Assembly: GCF_001194135.2 (NCBI RefSeq)
Contig: NC_068981.1
Coordinates: 185,742,218-185,782,142 of the forward strand
DNA from: Octopus bimaculoides
Taxonomy: Eukaryota
Reading direction: 5' to 3'
DNA: 39,925 bases
The translations under genes and the position numbers were made by a program. Position 1 is the first letter of the stretch; each line of letters starts with the position of its first letter. Under the pieces are notes generated by a model, which was not told the DNA's origin, made no database searches, and saw only the letters and a list, made by a program, of their open reading frames with translations. Shown here in pieces: positions 25,710 to 36,006 of the stretch.

Positions 25710-26801
25710 TGCATATACACATTCATACACACAAAGCAAGAACAGGCAACAACGATGTCCCTAAAAGAATCGCATGTCAAGAAATTAACTCCACAGGAAT
25801 GCAACTACAACAACACACCAATACTATAAAACGGCGCACTACACGCATGCACACACCCATACACCCATATAAACAAGCTTAGAGATCCATATGAATACAG
25901 AAGACAAGACAAAAATATAGCTTTGATAACAATGTACACATTCACAAACCGATGTTTGCATAATATTGTGACACAAAGATATTTGTTTGAAATAACACGG
26001 CAATCAAAGAAGACAATGCCTTGATGAAGAACACAAACACAAGAACTTAAAACAAAATACTTCTACAATATACAATCGAAAAAGAAAACACGAATATACT
26101 CACATTACAAAGGAAGTAGTCTTTAGTTTGTAGAACTAACAAACTCAGTAACCCACATTAATAATAAAAATGACCAAAGCAAAATTCCAAACACATCAGT
26201 AAATACAACTCACACAAGACAGAAACATAGGCTTACGGATTCAGACGTTTGATACATTAGCAGAAAAAATAAGGTTTGACCAGAAGACTCATACGTAGAA
26301 AAGCATGCACTCAACGCCAAGTAAGCAAAAATCTTTAATTAATTTAACAAAAATTCCATACATCACGAAACGATGATTTGCATATTATTTCTTTAGACGT
26401 TCCGAAAGATTTCAAGGTTTTATGTGCATGTCGTTGTTGCACCTCATCGGAGAACAACTCCCTTTTAGATCGGCGGAGCGTTCATAACATACTCGGCTCC
26501 TTAGCGCAAAGTATTCTGCGACACTGTTGTTATGACACGTTGTGTCTTGTCAGCGAGATGTATCTGGTCCTTTCAGTCTAAACAAACAGGTGACAGAATT
26601 TGTTTTTATTTTCAGCGAACAAACATTTTCCTTATCAGTGCTTATATCTGCAGACCAGTAAAATATCGTTATTTGCACTGTGTACGGTAAGATCTGAACT
26701 TATGATCTGCGTAATTATTCGAAAGTAACATAAGCTAGTCACTGTTATATAGGTAATAGTAGAACGATATTATTTTTTTCTATAATATTGCATAGTGACT
26801 A

Positions 26802-27320
26802 AGGCAGTGAGTTGGTAGAATCGTTAGCATGCCGGGCGAAATGCCGCTACGTTCTAAGTTCAAATTCCACCGAAATCGACTTTGCCTTTCATCCTTTCGG
26901 GGTCGATTAAATAAGTACCAGTTATGCACTGGGATCGATGTAATCGACTTCATCCCTTTGTCTGTCCTTGTTTGTCCCCTCTATATTTAGCCCATTGTGG
27001 GCAATAAACAAATAAGAAACGTTTGCACACTGGGAGAAATGCCTAGCGCTATTTCGTCTGCCGTTACGTTCTGAGTTCAAATTCCGCCGAGGTCGACTTT
27101 GCCTTTCATTCTTTCAGGGTCTATTAAATAAGTACCAGTTATGCACTGGGGGTAGATGTAATCGACTTAATCCCTTTGTCTGTCCTTGTTTGTCCCCTCT
27201 TTGTGTAGCCCTTTCTGAGCAGTAAAGAAATAAGAAACGTTAGCATACCGCGCAAACTGCTTCGCGGTATTTCGTCCGTCCTTGCGTTCTGAGTTCAAAT
27301 TTTGCCGAGGTCGACTTTGC
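26802..27320 (+). mobile_element. SINE family B head-to-tail trimer (tail type 2) with flanking direct repeat
   Basis: Units at about 26802-27015, 27016-27233 and 27234-27320; TTGCATAGTGAC at 26788-26799 and 27330-27341. Confidence 0.85.
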
Positions 27321-27956
27321 ATATTGACTTTGCATAGTGACCAAAATAACATTCCAAACTTATTTGCATAGCCACTTTACTGTAAAATACGTCTTACCTC
27401 CTCACAGACTTTCCTTTAAATAAATATTCGCTAATTAGTTTTACAACTAAATTAAAATCATAAACAAGTTATTAAATATCATCCCTTAACGTGAGCAAAA
27501 TATAATTCTTACCAATGAAGTCACCTGGGCTAAAAATTATACAAACAACTTTAGTTAGATTCACAGGTGATATAATTAAACATACAACAAAGCAAAAACT
27601 CTAAATGCAGCAAAATAAACACTGGAAAACAAACAAAAATTTACTAATGACCAGACAGAAAAATAAAGTCAGTCAGAAAACGCCAATAAAACAACAAAAA
27701 AGAAAAAAATGCCAATTAAGGAAACAGGCAATAGACCACAAGTATTCAAATTCAACCAATAAAAAATATACAACAAAACTGAGTTGATTGTGCTAACGTG
27801 GAAGGCCAGACACAATGTATTCATTTTGTTTCAATCAACTGTAGGCGTATGTGTATATACAGGCACAGATACGCACGTACATACATACATGCCTACATAC
27901 GCACACGTATATATATATATATATATAATAGGATTTAAATATTCTAGCGTTGTTTC

Positions 27957-28315
27957 GGCGCAGGCGTGGTTGGGTGGTAAGAAGCTTACTTCCCAACCAC
28001 ATGGTTCCGGGTTCAGTCCCACTGCGTGGCACCAGACCTGATTGTCTTCTACTATAGCCTCGGGGCCGACCAAAGCCTTGTGAGTTAATTTGTTATATAT
28101 ATATATATATATTTGTTTATGTCTGTGTTTATCTCCCCTACTATCGCTTGAGAAATGATGTTGGTGTGTTTACGTCCACCTAAGTTGGCCGTTCTGCAGA
28201 AGAGACTGATAGAATAAGCACCAGGCTTACAAAGAATTAGTCGAAGGGACGATTTCTCTGACTAAAAGGCGGTACTCCAGCATTACCGCTGTCAAATGAC
28301 TGCAACAAATGAAAG
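27957..28315 (+). mobile_element. SINE family C, full-length with internal (TA)n
   Basis: GGCGCAGGCGTGGTTGGGTGGTAAG..GGGTTCAGTCCCACTGCGTGGCACC..TCTTCTACTATAGCC..GTCAAATGACTG. Confidence 0.85.
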
Positions 28316-28497
28316 AATATATATACATACATACATATATATATATATGTATATATAAAATATATATATATATATATATATTTATACACAGTGTATTTCA
28401 AAGACTTCTGGATTTTAATCATAGGATATTGGAATCTTAATAATGGATTTAGAAATGCAATGACCAGCCTTAAGGGCTATTGGAGTTTACTCACAAG

Positions 28498-28765
28498 GTA
28501 TTGGAATCTTATATGTATACCATTCTGCCTAAACAATCGATTTACAAATTTACAAACGATTGTATTTACAAATACAATATACCTGCATTCACTCTCTATT
28601 TCCTATCTTATATAAATTAACTATTGCTTAACCATCGTCTCACACCGTCTCCGATGAAGATATAATAAATATCCTGGAAACAGCTGTAAGATCTTCTATT
28701 TATAAATGTTCTAAAATATACACAGCTTTGTTGTTTTTTTTTATCTCATTACTAAAAGTAAATCC
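28498..28765 (+). mobile_element. Interspersed repeat (copy 1) carrying a hammerhead-like motif; probable Penelope pseudo-LTR
   Basis: Closely similar to 32074-32315 (GTATTGGAAT..GTATACCATTCTGCCTAAACAAT..TTATCTCATTAC). The PLE assignment is inference from the ribozyme type. Confidence 0.65.
28647..28692 (+). ncRNA. Minimal type-I hammerhead ribozyme motif (U4C core, stem II shortened)
   Basis: GTCT-CCGATGA-AGATAT AATAA ATATCCTG-GAAA-CAGCTG-TA-AGAT; helix III ACAGCTGT is palindromic; predicted cleavage after GUA at 28688. Confidence 0.6.
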
Positions 28766-28915
28766 TTATATTCACACGCTGATATATGTTCTNNNNNNNN
28801 NNNNNNNNNNNNNNNNNNNNNNNNNNNNNNNNNNNNNNNNNNNNNNNNNNNNNNNNNNNNNNNNNNNNNNNNNNNNNNNNNNNNNNNNNNNNNNNNNNNN
28901 NNNNNNNNNNNNNNN

Positions 28916-29136
28916 AAAAATAAGAGGAATGACCAGCAAAAGTGGACTCCTATATGATAGAAATAGATGCCGAATCATCTAACCACGAAAAATATGTTCT
29001 CAATAAAAATTTAGCGACACAACAGACTGTTGTTTCGCTAAACGTTTATTCAGAACATATTTTTCGTGGTTAGATGATTCGGCATCTATTTCTAGCATAT
29101 AGGAGTCCACTTTTGCTGGTCATTCCTCTTATTTTT
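28916..29136. repeat. Near-perfect 221-bp palindrome (110-bp arms, 1-nt centre, 5 mismatches)
   Basis: 28916-29025 is the reverse complement of 29027-29136 with 5 substitutions; the left edge abuts gap 28793-28915. Confidence 0.9.
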
Positions 29137-29239
29137 GTATGTAATATAATTTTAATCTTCGGATTTTTTTAATATGCTAGACCTCTGGTTTTAATTGATT
29201 AATATCAATTCCTACCCTTATTAATAAATTTATATATAT

Positions 29240-29427
29240 TTATACACAGATTTTTACAGTTCCAGTGATGGATTGGCTCTGTAGTCTTCGGATTAGTTTT
29301 CTCCTTCCTGGTTTTGAGAAGCCTAATTCCTCAAGATTAGTATTTAGGCAGTATGTTACATAACCCGGGGCCCCAATAATTACAGGTATAAACCTGAATT
29401 TGTAATCTGGATAGAGTAACTGCATAT
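29240..29427 (-). mobile_element. R4/Dong-like RLE LINE C-terminal fragment
   Basis: MQLLYPDYKFRFIPVIIGAPGYVT..NLEELGF..KLIRRLQSQSITGTVKIC; same region as 7940-8150. Confidence 0.8.
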
Positions 29428-29646
29428 ACGTAAGTATGTATGTGTGTATGTATGTGTAATAATTTGCGTTATATATCCCACATTTTCCTTGACTGTCATA
29501 TTACGGGTCTATTTTTGTCGTTTGTTTAATTTCTAAACATAATTCAACACACAGCTGACACGTTGTGCATGCTTAGTGATTAAATATCTCTCTTTATTGA
29601 ACTGTAATCGTTGTGTCCACATTGACCTGTGTCGAATCAATCTATC

Positions 29647-29649
<3 letters not shown>

Positions 29650-29691
<42 letters not shown>

Positions 29692-29730
29692 ACACACACA
29701 CACACACATACACACACGTACACACACACT
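29650..29730. repeat. (CA)n microsatellite
   Basis: Directly visible. Confidence 0.9.
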
Positions 29731-30202
29731 CACAAATATACACATGTTTGTGTATATGCTGTAGATATATTCAGTCTCTCGCTCCCATACACACACACGC
29801 ACAAGAACATCTCAACATTTTTACACTACGATCTAATACACAGTTTGAACTTAACACTCACCGTCCTTTCTTTAACAGCTTCTACTTTCATTTATTTTAT
29901 TTTATTTCATTTTCTAGTTTTTAATCTTTTTATTTTTAATTGATTTCGTTATAACTTTAATTTAATTTCTAATATTAATTTCTAAAATTGATTTTCGTTT
30001 CTTTTTTAAATATTTTAAATTGTAAAAAATTATTTTTAATTTGTTAGCTTAATTTAAATTTTTTAAATATAATTTAAGTTTATATTTTCAGTTTATTTTC
30101 CCCCACACTTCCGCACAACCATATACAAGACTTAGACGCCTTACACAATACATACATATCTATCCCCCTACACATATACACACACATACCCGTTTCCATA
30201 GG

Positions 30203-30408
30203 AACACTCTGTCTGTTACGACGACGGGGTTCCCAGCTGATACAATCAACGGAACAGCTTGCTCGTGAAATTAATGTACCTTTAACGTAGTTCTCAGGGA
30301 GATTCAGTTTCACGCAGAGTGTAGCAAGGCTGGCCCTTTGAAATACAGGTACGACTCATATTTGCCAGCTGTGTGGACTGGAGCAACATGAAATAAACTA
30401 TCTTACCA
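30203..30408 (-). mobile_element. SINE family A fragment with internal deletion
   Basis: TTAACGTAGTTCTCAGGGAGATTCAG..GGCTGGCCCTTTGAAATACAGGTAC..CTGGAGCAAC is the reverse complement of family A. Confidence 0.8.
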
Positions 30409-30542
30409 ATGTTATTATCCCATTCACTTCACTCCATCATGCACATGTCACTCATACAAACACAAACACACATATACAAAGATACCGCTACACGCACACA
30501 CGCACACACACACGCATACGCATATACACATACACATTGGCC

Positions 30543-30767
30543 AGCTGGCAGAAACGTTAGCACGCCGGGCGAAATGCTTAGCAGTATTTCGTCTGCCGCT
30601 ACGTTCTGAGTTCAAATTCCGCCGAGGTCGACTTTGCCTTTCATCCTTTCGGGGTCGATTAAATAAGTACCAGTTACGCACTGGGGTCGGTATTATCGAC
30701 TTAATCTGTTTGTCTGTCCTTGTTTGTCCCCTCTGTGTGTAGCCCCTTGTGAGTAGTAAAGAAATAA
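30543..30767 (+). mobile_element. SINE family B monomer (tail type 2)
   Basis: AGCTGGCAGAAACGTTAGCACGCCGGGCGAAATGC..GAGTTCAAATTCCGCCGAGGTCGACTTTGCCTTTCATCCTTTCGGGGTCG..GTAAAGAAATAA. Confidence 0.9.
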
Positions 30768-31348
30768 CACATTGGTCATTTTACACTCTCTTGCCTTCAA
30801 AAACCATTTTCTTTATCCCTCTCCACTTCCGGTGAGTTATTTTTCAGTCAAGTAACGACATGTATTTTTCTCGGAGTATTCTTTTCCTTCTCTCTGGACT
30901 TTTTCCTTTCCTCTTTCTTTTCTCTTTCTTCTCCCAGATGATGTATCATGCTCGAAAGGTCATAGCCCCCTTTCTTTTTCCATCTTAAATTTTCTTTAAG
31001 TTTCAATCTAATATATTCGCATATGCGCTATGTACGTCAGTACGTCCTTCTAACTTTTGTTGCTTTCCCATATNNNNNNNNNNTACATATATATATATAT
31101 ATATAAATAGGAGGTTGAAAAAGAATACACGAGTTGATATGTATAAGGAAAAAAGTCAAGTCAAGCTAGAAGATGCTAAAATAGATTTATCATAAAAAAA
31201 CATTTTAGTTCTGGTTTCAATCATTGAGACGTTTTCAACTCTAAGTATGGAAAAAATTTAAATCTTGGTAAAACTAAATGAAAAGTTATTTAAAAGATTA
31301 TTTGCATACTATTCAAATACAAGGGGCGTTTTCCTTGTTTCTGCTTGT

Positions 31349-31410
31349 CTCTGTCTCTCTTGTTTATTCTTGTGGGTTCCAAACCACGAGAGTAAACAAG
31401 AGAGACAGAG
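31349..31410 (+). other. 62-nt hairpin with 27-bp stem
   Basis: CTCTGTCTCTCTTGTTTATTCTTGTGG / CCACGAGAGTAAACAAGAGAGACAGAG; the two non-Watson-Crick pairs are both U-G on the + strand. Confidence 0.8.
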
Positions 31411-31485
31411 CCCGTCCCACACCAGCTCGTCACCAGCTTGTCCGACACCAGCTCGTCACCAGCTTGTCCCACACCAGCTTGTCCC
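31411..31485 (+). repeat. Short tandem repeat of CACCAGCT(C/T)GTC units
   Basis: Five CACCAGCTYGTC cores; a 26-bp higher-order unit occurs twice. Confidence 0.85.
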
Positions 31486-32050
31486 ACATGTCCATGCAGT
31501 GGGTGCTAGCCTTTATGTTCAACGACTGCATCGTGCATGTGATGATTTGGAAGCCAGCTATCTGGCAATGATGAATCGAAGCTGTGTTCTCGTACAACAT
31601 TACAATGCTCCAGTACACAGCCAAAGAGACGAAATTCAAACTTCAGGAACTTGGAGGTTTGAAGAACTCAACCTCCGTACAATCCAGGATTTGCACCATC
31701 ATATTACCACCTTTTCTGAGCCATGGCTCATTTCATTCTCGGATGGACTTTCAATAATGTCCACGAAGTTGAAAAAGGTTGCATAGTGTGTTTTTGCCTC
31801 TACACCAGCACAATGATATAAGCGAAGAATTGAGCTTCTGAATTTTAATCGTTTTAATTCTAATGGCCTTAACATGAGTATATGGCTGGTATTAAGATAC
31901 ACGTAAATCACCTCAGAATTATGTGGTCACGAATCTAATGTCATTTATATTTAACATTCCTCACCTGCTTCCAAAATTATCAAAAAATATTAAAAATATT
32001 AAAATTTCATTACATTAAATTTCATTAGTAACTTTATGCACATACATGTG
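31484..32050 (+). mobile_element. mariner-family transposase C-terminal relic
   Basis: ASLYVQRLHR..MNRSCVLVQHYNA..HTAKETKFKLQELGGL..PPYNPGFAPSYYHLF*AMAHF..TFNN, matching HDNA/YSPDLAPSDYHLF motifs; possible TIR relic TAACTTTATGCAC near 32028-32041. Confidence 0.8.
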
Positions 32051-32073
32051 CATACAGAAATACAGAAATATAT

Positions 32074-32313
32074 GTATTGGAATATTATATGTATACCATT
32101 CTGCCTAAACAATATATTTACAAATACAATATCCCTACATTCACTCTATATTTCCTATCTTAACTAAATTAACTATTGCTTAATCATCCTCTCACACCGT
32201 CTCCGATAAAGGGATATAATAAATATCCTGGAAACAGCTGTAAGACATTCGATTTATAAATGTTCTATATTATACTCAGTCTTGTTTTTTTTATCTCATT
32301 ACGAAAAGTATAT

Positions 32314-32315
<2 letters not shown>
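32074..32315 (+). mobile_element. Interspersed repeat (copy 2) carrying a hammerhead-like motif; probable Penelope pseudo-LTR
   Basis: Homolog of 28498-28765. Confidence 0.65.
32199..32246 (+). ncRNA. Minimal type-I hammerhead motif (U4C and G8A core; full stem II)
   Basis: GTCT-CCGATAA-AGGGATAT AATAA ATATCCTG-GAAA-CAGCTG-TA-AGAC. Confidence 0.55.
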
Positions 32316-32344
<29 letters not shown>

Positions 32345-32467
32345 NNNNNNNNNNNNNNNNNNNNNNNNNNNNNNNNNNNNNNNNNNNNNNNNNNNNNNNN
32401 NNNNNNNNNNNNNNNNNNNNNNNNNNNNNNNNNNNNNNNNNNNNNNNNNNNNNNNNNNNNNNNNNNN

Positions 32468-32538
<71 letters not shown>

Positions 32539-32935
32539 CAGAAAGATAGATAGACAGACAGATAGACAGACATAAATGTGTATATGGTAATTCAGAATCT
32601 GTATAGTATAATTTAAATAAAAAAATTGCTTGCCCTTAAGGTAGACAGAAATGATAGAGATATTTTTTGTCAAATGCAAAAATGCAAAACATATCACCAG
32701 CAAAGTAGGTGAGTGCAGCGAGACAATTCGCTTTAAATAAAAATGAAGTAATGATGTTGATTTCATTAACAGATAAATTTATGTTGACTTCGTCTCTTTT
32801 TCTCGAACTAGGTTTAGCGACATTTATACTGCATGCCCGCAATATTCACATAGACATACATACATGCATGCGTACATGCATACACACATAAACTGACAGA
32901 GAGAGATAGATAGCTTTATATAAATATATGCATAC

Positions 32936-33011
<76 letters not shown>

Positions 33012-33270
33012 AGATAAATAGATAGATAGATAGGTAGATAGATAGATATATATATACATATATCCATTTATGTTATAGTTATATATTATATATATTCATA
33101 TATATGTGTAAGTGTGTATGTGCATGTGTAAATGCGTGTTTATGTGTTTGTGTGCGCTTTTCCATAAACACATAGGCGCGCGCACGCAGACTCAGACGCA
33201 CAAGGACGCACTGGCCTATATATACATTTGAGTATGTATGTGTGTATTTGTGCGCAATCATAGATAGCCT
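32468..33270. repeat. Clustered (GA), (GACA), (GATA), (TA), (TG) microsatellites
   Basis: Directly visible in several tracts. Confidence 0.85.
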
Positions 33271-34439
33271 GTCGTATTGAAGGTAAGGTAAAAATAAAAT
33301 ACTCCTCTTTCTTTTTAATTCTAAGCGGAAACCACTTAAAAATATTTAATTAGTGAATGATGCTTTCAAGAAAATGTAATTGCTTTCCTGTTGGTCGGAA
33401 GGTGGCAGCTACAATCTTCGTTAACAGACAAATATCTTACGGCTCAGTACAGAAATGTTTTTTTTTTCTGCTAAAAATGCGAAATATAATTAAACAAACT
33501 AGTCGTTTAATTCTATTCAGACATTTGCAATTTCACACGTCCTCTGCATTTTCTTTTTTCTAGTTCTTGCGCTCACTCAGAGACAAGTACATAAAACCAT
33601 ACACCTATACATACATATATACATGCATACATACATACATACATAGATACATACATACACGTATACATACATTAACATAACTGCTTGTATAAAATCATTC
33701 GTACATATATACATAGAACCAAAACACACACGCATATATATATATATACTGTATAAGTACAGTGAGACACATGCACGTTTTTACTTCATATGATTTCTGA
33801 ATTTCTTTATATTTATGTACATCAAATACTAAAATTAAGCTTGCCCCAATTTATCGTTGCCAAATATCACCACCTCAGTTAACAAAACTACGTTTAAAAA
33901 ACATGTCAAGTAGTGGCCATTTTCAACTTGTTGACGATTGAATTTTACCAGTAGATAATCGTGAGATCACCACCTCAAACAGAACCTTAAAATTAGACAA
34001 AAAATTGACTCTTCTTAACGATACTGGAATTTATATTATAATGCATGCTAACACGTTTCAGTGACGTCTCCTGCTTGGCAGAAGTGGAAGTTAGTCTCTA
34101 AATAGGTAGTTATAACGGAGCGGGAATGTATAGCTTGAATGTTCTTTAGATATTGACTCCCCTTAGAAATAAATGTAGCTCCTAAAACATTGGTGTATAC
34201 AGATATAATAAATTCTCCATCGCAAGGTTTATTGATATTTGTAACTGTTTAATTCAGAGAAAGATGTGAAAAGACCATGGCATATGGAGTCACTTCTAAA
34301 AAAAGTAAGGTTGTGCTTTTTGATACTGAATTTGAAGATGTATTATTTAATGAATACATGAGAATTATGTGGTTAATGCTAGCTTTAAAGGTAACAACTC
34401 TTGGACAGAAAAGACAAACCGACTGTTTTATACTGATGA

Positions 34440-34870
34440 CTGAGTATTGAGTGGAAGATTTGTCTGGTGCTCAAACGCAGAAAGTTTAGATTGTTGTAGT
34501 AAAGGTTCAAGACAAAGTGAAAAGAAATATCAAGTGTATCATTTAGAATATCTAGCCAAAGTATTATCCACAGAGAAAACACAAAACAAAGAACCGTCAA
34601 CAGGCAAAGGAAAAGTATCTTCGATGACATTTATATTCAGCAAGGACATTGATTGGTTAAGAAAGAAAATAAATGACTCATTGTATATAAAACCATTGGA
34701 AGTAAATGACTCAGTGTATATAAAAGCATTATAGAACGCTATTACACGAACACAAAAGAACAGACTGTTACAGTCTGTCAGACGAAGGCCTTGATGAATA
34801 CCACAAGGTATGAAAATACGTATTCGCCTTATATATTTAATTCTTTATATTGAACACTCAATATTTCATA
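34440..34870 (+). mobile_element. Probable Penelope-like 3-prime end (GIY-YIG C-terminus plus ribozyme)
   Basis: SKDIDWLRKKINDSLYIKAL resembles the PLE motif WFKRKIKEAIYIK; short local duplication of AAATGACTCA.TGTATATAAAA; hammerhead motif about 50 nt after the stop. Confidence 0.45.
34785..34830 (+). ncRNA. Minimal type-I hammerhead motif with a 1-nt core insertion
   Basis: AAGGC-CTTGATGA-ATACC ACAA GGTAT-GAAA-ATACGTAT-TC-GCCTT; helix III AATACGTATT is palindromic; predicted cleavage after UUC at 34825. Confidence 0.6.
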
Positions 34871-35938
34871 TATTCAATACGATATTCAATACTTCATTTC
34901 ATTGTACCATCTATTTTTATATTATATATTATATATTCCATATTCTATATCCTACATTAATTTTACAAGAATATAAATAAAACATAAAAAAAAACAGACA
35001 GAGCTGGAACTCTTTTAAACAAAATAATATATATATATATGATATGAAACGTATTGGTGTCAGGAAGACCCAAAATGTATCAGGTAAACGCTAAGTGCTA
35101 TGGATAGACCATCGATAATGATGCGAGTGAGAAGTCCAAAGTGGGTCATATATTAGCATGCATATATATAAACTGACAGAATGAGATTAAAAAAAGATCC
35201 AAGGCAGTAAATAGATTTCATGAAGTCTGTTTTATCTGATTCTGTCCATTCATANNNNNNNNNNNNNNNNNNNNNNNNNNNNNNNNNNNNNNNNNNNNNN
35301 NNNNNNNNNNNNNNNNNNNNNNNNNNNNNNNNNNNNNNNNNNNNNNNNNNNNNNNNNNNNNNNNNNNNNNNNNNNNNNNNNNNNNNATATATATATAAAT
35401 TATATACATATATATGTATATGTATGTTTTTATATATGAATGTATGTATGCATTTATAAAATGATGTGAATAAACATTCCAAGCAAAATCGTTTGTCTCC
35501 GACAAAGTCTATTTTGGTTTGCCCATGGCTTATCGCGAACTAAAGAACAATGTTAAGAAGTGCTAATTCATAAGCCACATTAACGTTTGTTCATTTTCAG
35601 ACTTATCTCTGTATTCTTTATTCTAAGTGGGCTAGCCTGCTTGAATATACATTAACATGTGTACTTTTATATATAACATTGCAGGACAATTGTCTTGGCC
35701 TAAAAATATTTCTTATAGACTCTGTGTGTAAAAACATGTCAATCTGGAATATAAATCATACCAGTAGATACCCTTACTGTTGTTAAGTATGATTAACCCT
35801 CCTCAGTAAAAGACACCGCATCATTGTTCGTAGTCTGGTCGGAAACTTTGTTATATATGTAAACAATACAAATTTATCGGCTATCGTGAAAATAGGTTTT
35901 GTCAAGCCATAATTATTTCTTAAAAAGCATATATATGT

Positions 35939-35939
<1 letters not shown>

Positions 35940-35999
<60 letters not shown>

Positions 36000-36006
36000 C
36001 GTGTGT
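35940..36006. repeat. (GT)n microsatellite
   Basis: Directly visible. Confidence 0.9.

Noticed and set aside
25720-26350. A/C-rich stretch that might be another Penelope endonuclease relic
   Set aside because: No convincing contiguous motif could be read.
26399-26455. Minus-strand hammerhead candidate GTTCT-CCGATGA..GAAA..TC-GGAAC
   Set aside because: Stem I and the core look right, but stem II does not close at the core and helix III is neither paired nor palindromic; still worth a relaxed covariance-model search.
26616-26686. 71-nt exon candidate with strong acceptor and GTAAGA donor (similar candidates at 32641-32708 and 39116-39174)
   Set aside because: No recognisable peptide and no linkage to other exons; consensus-like splice sites are common by chance in AT-rich DNA.
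30931-30968. CAGATGA..TGCTCGAAAGGTC as a decayed hammerhead
   Set aside because: The core has U4A, and stems II and III do not form.
31411-31485. CRISPR-like array
   Set aside because: Repeats are 11-15 nt with no unique spacers, no cas genes, and a eukaryotic context.
31265-31786. 173-aa ORF as a domesticated mariner fusion gene
   Set aside because: Non-ATG start, the catalytic HDNA motif reads HYNA, and frameshifts follow; it is a relic.
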